A stretch of DNA of 39,789 nt from Alphaproteobacteria bacterium (GTDB taxonomy: Bacteria > Pseudomonadota > Alphaproteobacteria > JAJUGE01). The stretch covers positions 1 to 39,789 of the forward strand of contig JBKBLL010000002.1 in NCBI GenBank assembly GCA_046296375.1. Reading direction: 5' to 3'. Position 1 is the first letter of the stretch; each line of letters starts with the position of its first letter. Positions 34,350 to 39,789 of the stretch are shown here, piece by piece. The position numbers and the translations under genes are program-made. The notes beneath the pieces were generated by a model that was not told the DNA's origin, did no database searches, and was given only the letters and a program-made list of their open reading frames with translations.

Positions 34350-35267
34350 ATGCTAGACATGCGCAAAAGGCGCGGACACGGCTCTCTGCTCTACCGCTAC
34401 GGCGACCAGCTGGGGCGCATCGTGGAACGCCACCGGGCGGAAGCCGCCCTCAACGTGGCCAAGCAGGAGGCGGAAAAGGCGGCGGAACTCGCCCACCAGT
34501 CGATGCTCGAGGCTCAGGCGGCCAACCGGGCGAAGACGGAGTTCCTGGCGAACATGAGCCACGAGCTGCGCTCGCCGCTGAACGCCGTGATCGGGTTCTC
34601 CCAGGTGATGATCGATCAGCTCTTCGGTCCGCTCGGGACGCAGAAGTACGACACCTACGTTCGCGACATCCACGCCAGCGGCAACCATCTGCTGTCGGTC
34701 ATCAACGATATCCTGGACCTGGCCAAGATCGAAGCCGGGAAGGTCGAACTCGACGACAACGAGATCGACGTGCGCGACGTTTGCGATTTCTCCATGTCGA
34801 TGATCCGCGAGCGCGCGGAGAAGCGCGGTATCCGCACCCTCGCCGACTTTCCGAACGACGTGCCGGAGATCGTCGGCGACGAGCAGAAGTTGCGTCAGAT
34901 GCTGATCAACCTCCTGTCCAACGCGGTGAAGTTCACGCTGGACGGCGGCGAGGTGCGGCTCGTCGGCCGCCTGCTGCCGGACGGGCGCTACGCGCTCTGC
35001 GTGCGCGATACCGGCATCGGCATCAAGAAGGAGGACCTGCCGCGCGTCCTTCAGCCCTTCACGCAGGTCGACGGCGGCCTCAACCGCAAGTTCGAGGGGA
35101 CGGGCCTGGGACTGGCGATCACGAAGTCGTTCATGGAACTGCACGGCGGCACCCTGGTCATCGAGAGCGAACCCGGCGTCGGCACGTCCGCCTCGCTTCT
35201 CTTCCCCGCCGAGCGGATCGTCGCCGCTCCGAACCATTTGAACGGGACGCACGCACATGCCGGATGA
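34350..35267 (+). CDS. Soluble sensorless histidine kinase, PleC/DivJ-like HisKA plus HATPase
   Basis: AKTEFLANMSHELRSPLNAVIGFS, FGPLG, INDILDLAKIEAG, NLLSNAVKFT, DTGIG, GTGLGL; only about 55 aa of helical N-terminus, no TM or PAS domain. Confidence 0.93.
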   Translation: MLDMRKRRGHGSLLYRYGDQLGRIVERHRAEAALNVAKQEAEKAAELAHQSMLEAQAANRAKTEFLANMSHELRSPLNAVIGFSQVMIDQLFGPLGTQKYDTYVRDIHASGNHLLSVINDILDLAKIEAGKVELDDNEIDVRDVCDFSMSMIRERAEKRGIRTLADFPNDVPEIVGDEQKLRQMLINLLSNAVKFTLDGGEVRLVGRLLPDGRYALCVRDTGIGIKKEDLPRVLQPFTQVDGGLNRKFEGTGLGLAITKSFMELHGGTLVIESEPGVGTSASLLFPAERIVAAPNHLNGTHAHAG

Positions 35268-36870
35268 CGCTTCGCTGGTGATCGACCGCAGCGGTACCTC
35301 GATCAAGGTCGGCCGCGTCGTGTCGGTGTCGGGCGCACAGATCATCGCACTGATCCGCGACCCGCGCGCGCGCGGCGGCGACCAGGCGGTCCAGGTCGGC
35401 TCGCTCGTCAAGATATACACGGCCGAGACGATCGTCTTCGGCATGGTCAGCGGCTTCAGCATCCCCATCCCGACGCAGGACGCGGCCGATGCGGAACTGA
35501 AGATCGCCGAGGTCGACCTCGTCGGCGAGGAATCCCTGGGGGGGGGCGACTTCCAGCGCGGCGTCTCGCAGTTTCCCGCCTTGGGCGCCGACGTGTTCAG
35601 CGCGACCCAAGAGGACCTGTCGCACGTCTATGCGCGGCCGGCGGTCGCGACGGTTCGGGTCGGCACGATCCACCAGGACAAGACCATACCCGCCTTCGTC
35701 GTCCTCGACGATCTCCTGGGAAAGCATTTCGCTGTCCTGGGGACGACGGGATCGGGCAAGTCGTGTGCGGTCGCCCTGATCCTGCACGCTCTGCTGGACA
35801 AGCACGACAATGCCCACGTCGTCCTGCTGGACCCGCACGGCGAGTATGCCAGCGCCTTCGGCGATTCGGCGGAACAGCTCGATTCGGGCAGTCTCCAGCT
35901 GCCTTACTGGCTCTTCAACTTCGAGGAACTGGCGGAGATCATTTTCGGTAGCTCGCGGGGCGAATGGGAGAGCGAGGCGGCGATCCTGCGCGAGACCATT
36001 CAGCAGGCGAAGATGCGCCTCGTCGCCGACGCGGACGATGCGAACTACGTCACGGTCGACACGCCGATCCCGTACAAGATCAGCGAAGTGATGCGTGCGA
36101 TCGACGAGGCGATGGGCAAGCTGGAGCGCCGGACCGAGATCCAGCCCTACACGAGGCTGAAGAGCCGCCTGACCATACTGCAGTCGGATCGCCGCTTCGG
36201 CTTCATGTTTCCGCAGGCAGTCGTCCTGCGTGACAACATGGTCAGCATCCTTTCACGCATCTTCCGGATGCCGGCGAACGGCAAGCCGATCGCCATCGTC
36301 GATCTGTCGGGAATCCCGTCCGAAGTAATCAACGTCGTCGTCTCGGTCCTGGCGCGGATGACGCTCGACATCGCCCTCTGGAGCGATCGGCAGATGCCGA
36401 TCCTGCTCGTCTGCGAGGAGGCGCACCGGTATGCGCCGCAGAACAGCGAACTCGGCTTCGAGCCTGCCAAGCGCGCGCTCTCGCGGATCGCCAAGGAAGG
36501 CCGGAAATACGGCCTGTCGCTCTGCGTCATTACGCAGCGCCCTTCGGAACTCGAGGCGGGACTGCTGTCGCAGTGCAACACGATCTTCGCCCTGCGCATG
36601 ACCAGCCAGAAAGACCAGGAGTTCGTCAACGCGGCCATCTCGGACGCGACCCCGGGCCTCATGGGATCCCTGCCGTCGCTCCGCAATGCGGAAGCCATCG
36701 TAGTCGGCGAGGGCGTGACCGTTCCGATGCGGCTGCGTTTCGACGAGCTTCCGGAGGGGCGTCGGCCACGCTCCGGCAACGCCGCCTTCTCCGCGCTCTG
36801 GCAGAGCGACGAAAGCGACACGTCCCTGCTGGCCGGAATCGTCGAGCGCTGGCGGCGTCAGCGGCGGTGA
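35257..36870 (+). CDS. HerA/DUF87-like ATPase (HAS-barrel-like N-terminus, FtsK/HerA superfamily)
   Basis: VGRVVSVSG, KHFAVLGTTGSGKS (Walker A), LLDPHGEY, LVCEEAHRY (Walker B), IAKEGRKYG, TQRPSEL, LSQCNT; overlaps the kinase by 11 nt. Confidence 0.92.
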   Translation: MPDDASLVIDRSGTSIKVGRVVSVSGAQIIALIRDPRARGGDQAVQVGSLVKIYTAETIVFGMVSGFSIPIPTQDAADAELKIAEVDLVGEESLGGGDFQRGVSQFPALGADVFSATQEDLSHVYARPAVATVRVGTIHQDKTIPAFVVLDDLLGKHFAVLGTTGSGKSCAVALILHALLDKHDNAHVVLLDPHGEYASAFGDSAEQLDSGSLQLPYWLFNFEELAEIIFGSSRGEWESEAAILRETIQQAKMRLVADADDANYVTVDTPIPYKISEVMRAIDEAMGKLERRTEIQPYTRLKSRLTILQSDRRFGFMFPQAVVLRDNMVSILSRIFRMPANGKPIAIVDLSGIPSEVINVVVSVLARMTLDIALWSDRQMPILLVCEEAHRYAPQNSELGFEPAKRALSRIAKEGRKYGLSLCVITQRPSELEAGLLSQCNTIFALRMTSQKDQEFVNAAISDATPGLMGSLPSLRNAEAIVVGEGVTVPMRLRFDELPEGRRPRSGNAAFSALWQSDESDTSLLAGIVERWRRQRR

Positions 36871-36900
36871 TCCCGCGCCTCTACCGATAGGCTCCGGTAG

Positions 36901-36925
36901 GGAACTCCCCGGCCGTCCGGTTGTT
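36901..36925 (+). promoter_or_regulatory. EcfG-type promoter GGAAC-N16-TGTT
   Basis: GGAAC 36901-36905, TGTT 36922-36925, 32 nt before the ATG at 36958. Confidence 0.55.
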
Positions 36926-36957
36926 GCCGCACCAGCAACCGAGAGGGCTCCGGGGCA

Positions 36958-37579
36958 ATGGCGCGAACATCCGTTCTGCCAGCGTTCGTCTTCGCCGTGG
37001 CGGTGGCCGCGTCGGGGGCGGCGCTGGCTGACCGTATCGTGAATGATGGATCCGGCGGCCAACTGTTGCTGCGGGATGACGGTACCTATGTCGGCGCTTC
37101 CCGAAAGCCTGCCCTCAACGGCTGCACCCGCCGGGGCGGCATTCCCGCCGACGGGGATGGCTCAGCCATCCGGCCCGCAAGACCGGAATGCCCAGGCGGG
37201 CGTGCCTACGGGCGGCGCGGCCTACACGGCCGTCACCCTCGACGATGTCGGACGACTTCCGACCGGACAGCTGGTTTCGGTGGACGGGTGGATCGGCAAT
37301 TTCGGCTTTGCCGAGACGTTCCTGATGTTCCGGGATCAGGCCGTGGCGCCGCCCTACGTCGTCGTGCGGGCGCATGGGGGAGCGCTGCAGGGTGATCCGC
37401 CGGCGGCGGCCGCTTCGTCTGGACCGGATCGACCGCCTCCAACTGCGGCCGCCCGACATGCGTCGCTGGATCGGTGCCGCGACGCCTGCCCGGTCCGGGT
37501 GCAGGGCGAGGTCGGCCCGCCTGCCGCGGAAGGCGAGGCTCCTACGCTGATCGCACACGATATCCGGGTCGGCGGATGA
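36958..37579 (+). CDS. Exported hypothetical protein, apparently split by a +1 frameshift near 37093
   Basis: Signal peptide ending ALA-D and LLLRDDGTYV in the 36958 frame; protein-like sequence continues in the 37043 frame (ALPESLP...AVTLDDV...VSVDGWI...CPVRVQGEV). Confidence 0.55.
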
Positions 37580-37684
37580 CGTGGAAGAGCGTGGACGGCG
37601 CTCGTTCAGGCTGCATTCAGCCGCCTGCGCGCATGGTGGTCAACCCGTCGGAGATGCCGGCGGCAGCAGGTCAAGGTGGATGAT

Positions 37685-38257
37685 ATGAAGCGAGGTCTGC
37701 TCGCAGTTGTCATGGCAGTCGGTCTCGCGGGCTGCGTGACCGATGATCGGTACTATGCCGACACCGGCTACTACGGCTATGCGCCGACGCCGTACTATGC
37801 GGGAACAACCTATTATCAGCCGCGCTACTATAACGTGGCGCCGGCCCGGGGAGGCCATTCCTGCAGCCTGCCGGGGCGCGGCCGGGTCTGGACCGACAGC
37901 GCCGGCGACTGCCGCCGTCTCCAGCAGCACGTCAGTCGCGATCGTGGGCGGGACGACAGGCGGGCTCACCCCGATCGCGGACGCGACGAGAGGCACGCGC
38001 GCCCGGACCGCGGCGGTCGAGGCGACTCGAACTGGCGCGACGGCCGCGGTTCCGGCGGCGGCCAGCAGGTCGACCGCGGTCGTGAGAGGGATGGTGATGT
38101 TGGCCGCGGTGGCGGTCGTGGCGATGGACGTCCACAGGCCAGCCGTCCGGATCGCCGCGATGCACAGGCGCGCGGGCCTCAGCGAGGCAACCCGCGGCAT
38201 GCCATGCCGCACTGGGATGGCATCGACAGGCCGTCCGGGTCCTACAGCGGCGAATGA
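37685..38257 (+). CDS. Lipoprotein with Tyr-rich and Arg/Gly/Asp low-complexity regions
   Basis: MKRGLLAVVMAVGLAGC lipobox; YYADTGYYGYAPTPYY...; RDRGRDDRR...GRGGGRGDGR tail. Confidence 0.75.
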   Translation: MKRGLLAVVMAVGLAGCVTDDRYYADTGYYGYAPTPYYAGTTYYQPRYYNVAPARGGHSCSLPGRGRVWTDSAGDCRRLQQHVSRDRGRDDRRAHPDRGRDERHARPDRGGRGDSNWRDGRGSGGGQQVDRGRERDGDVGRGGGRGDGRPQASRPDRRDAQARGPQRGNPRHAMPHWDGIDRPSGSYSGE

Positions 38258-38404
38258 CGAGCGTCCGTCGGTCGGAGACGGGACTTACGAAGATTTAATC
38301 GGTCGGGGTGGGCGCCGTCGGCGGCTGGCGCACCCATCTTGAAGTCGGAGCAGGGAGGCGCGGACGGCGATGCCGGGCGCACCCGAATCGATGAGGATGG
38401 AAGG

Positions 38405-39789
38405 ATGACCGACATGTCCGAACCCCGGATGGAGCCGCGGCAGCGGGCGCGGCGCCTGACCGCCGCGATGCTGGCGCTGTCGCTCGGCGGCGGTGCCGCG
38501 GCTCTCGCGACGAGCCAGGACCTGATGGCGCAGACGCCGCTGACGACGCCGGGTGCCCAGACGCCGGCGGGCGGCCTGCCGGTCAGCTTCGCCGACGTGG
38601 TCGAGCGGGTCGGCCCCGCCGTCGTAAACATCCAGGTGGAGAAGTCTGTCGAAACGGCCAGTCGCGGCGGCGGCCTCGATCCCGATCGTCTTCCGGACAG
38701 TGCGCGGGAGTTCTTCCGTCACTTCTTCGGCGATCAGTTCAGCGAGCGCTTCGGCCAGCGCGAGGAAGCTCCGCGCCAGGGCCCCCAGCGGCGCATGATG
38801 GGCGTGGGATCCGGCTTCGTCATTTCCCCGGACGGCTACCTGGTGACCAACAACCACGTGGTCGACGGCGCCGACGAAGTGACCGTGACCCTGCAGGATC
38901 GGCGCGAACTGAAGGCGCGGGTCATCGGCTCCGACCCCAAGACCGATCTGGCGCTGCTGAAGATCGATACCGACCTGGAACTGCCCTTCGTGGCCTGGGG
39001 ATCGTCCGACCGCAGCCGCGTCGGCGACTGGATCATCAGCGTCGGCAACCCCTTCGGCCTCGGCCATTCGGTGACCACCGGCATCATCTCGGCCCGCGGC
39101 CGCACCATCGGCGCCGGACCCTATGACGACTTCCTGCAGATCAGCGCGCCGATCAACCGCGGCAATTCGGGCGGCCCGACCTTCAACATCGAGGGCGAGG
39201 TTATCGGCGTGAATACCGCCATCTTCTCCCCCTCGGGCGGCAGCGTCGGCATCGGCTTCGCGATCCCGTCCGACATGGCGCAGCGCGTGGTCGCACAACT
39301 GCGCGACCAGGGCTTCGTCGAGCGCGGCTGGCTGGGCGTCATGATCCAGAACGTGAGCGAGGACATCGCCTCAAGCGTGGGCCTGGACCGGGCGGAAGGG
39401 GCGATCGTCGCCCAAGTGACGCCCGACAGTCCGGCCGCGAAGGCGGGCATCCGCCAGGGCGACGTCATCCTGTCGGTCAACGGACAGAAGGTCGACCGGA
39501 TGCGCGAACTTCCGCGCCTCGTCGCAGACCTGAAGCCGGGCACCGAGGCCAAGCTGAGCGTGCTCCGCGAGCGCCGGCAGCGCGAGGTGACGGTCCGTAT
39601 CGCCAAGATGCCCGACGATCCGCAGGTGGCGGCGGTGCCGCCGCAGAGCGAGCCGTCGCGGGAGACGGCGTCGAGCGAAACCGCGCTCGGCCTCACACTG
39701 TCGCGCCTCGATGACCGCTCGCGCCAGCGCTATGGCGTACCCGAGGGCGTCCAGGGTGTCGTGGTGTCGAAGATCACCGACGACAGCCC
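38405..39789 (+). CDS. degP: DegP/HtrA (Do family) periplasmic serine protease, truncated by the window end
   Basis: Manual translation: SFADVVERVGPAVVNI, GSGFVIS, TNNHVV, DLALLKI, GNPFGL, INRGNSGGP, RGWLGV, PDZ motif SPAAKAGI. Start (38405 or 38414) and paralog identity uncertain. Confidence 0.93.
   Translation, partial: MTDMSEPRMEPRQRARRLTAAMLALSLGGGAAALATSQDLMAQTPLTTPGAQTPAGGLPVSFADVVERVGPAVVNIQVEKSVETASRGGGLDPDRLPDSAREFFRHFFGDQFSERFGQREEAPRQGPQRRMMGVGSGFVISPDGYLVTNNHVVDGADEVTVTLQDRRELKARVIGSDPKTDLALLKIDTDLELPFVAWGSSDRSRVGDWIISVGNPFGLGHSVTTGIISARGRTIGAGPYDDFLQISAPINRGNSGGPTFNIEGEVIGVNTAIFSPSGGSVGIGFAIPSDMAQRVVAQLRDQGFVERGWLGVMIQNVSEDIASSVGLDRAEGAIVAQVTPDSPAAKAGIRQGDVILSVNGQKVDRMRELPRLVADLKPGTEAKLSVLRERRQREVTVRIAKMPDDPQVAAVPPQSEPSRETASSETALGLTLSRLDDRSRQRYGVPEGVQGVVVSKITDDS

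Noticed and set aside
35257-36870. Known anti-phage system (Sir2-HerA, nuclease-HerA) or a conjugative VirB4/TraG ATPase
   Set aside because: No effector nuclease, Sir2 or T4SS genes adjacent; composition looks like the host chromosome, with no island boundaries.
38285-38299. TTAC-N6-TTAAT upstream of degP as a CtrA or OmpR-family site
   Set aside because: Spacing does not fit CtrA, and a single weak direct repeat is not enough to call a site.

Overview
High-GC (roughly 70% by eye) alphaproteobacterial chromosome segment, probably Rhodospirillales-like (inferred from mreB plus minCDE, a PleC/DivJ-type kinase and EcfG/CtrA-type motifs). I saw no rRNA, tRNA, CRISPR array, integrase or transposase. 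In order: 5' end of mreB; ggt; an orphan small gene; an amidohydrolase divergent from a Co-type nitrile hydratase (nthAB, no activator gene) followed by an isonitrile hydratase-like DJ-1 gene; YecA-like protein, SDR, desaturase, MFS and multi-rhodanese genes; comF-grxC-Nit1-(methyltransferase)-DUF1178; a general-stress block with several GGAAC-N16/17-xGTT promoters (small proteins, ligD, ku, stress SDR); an HD hydrolase; a URC1-URC4-upp uracil-catabolism-like operon; a HIT gene; minCDE; GST; tctCBA; a clan AA protease; a degenerate GGDEF-EAL-like gene, a sensorless PleC/DivJ-like kinase and an overlapping HerA-like ATPase; two exported proteins; and the 5' part of a DegP/HtrA protease. The kinase-HerA locus, with CtrA-like boxes upstream, is my best candidate for an uncharacterised system. 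Several apparent lesions (GST and exported-protein frameshifts, missing ligD stop) may be sequencing errors. All family calls come from recognising motifs by eye, not from database searches.
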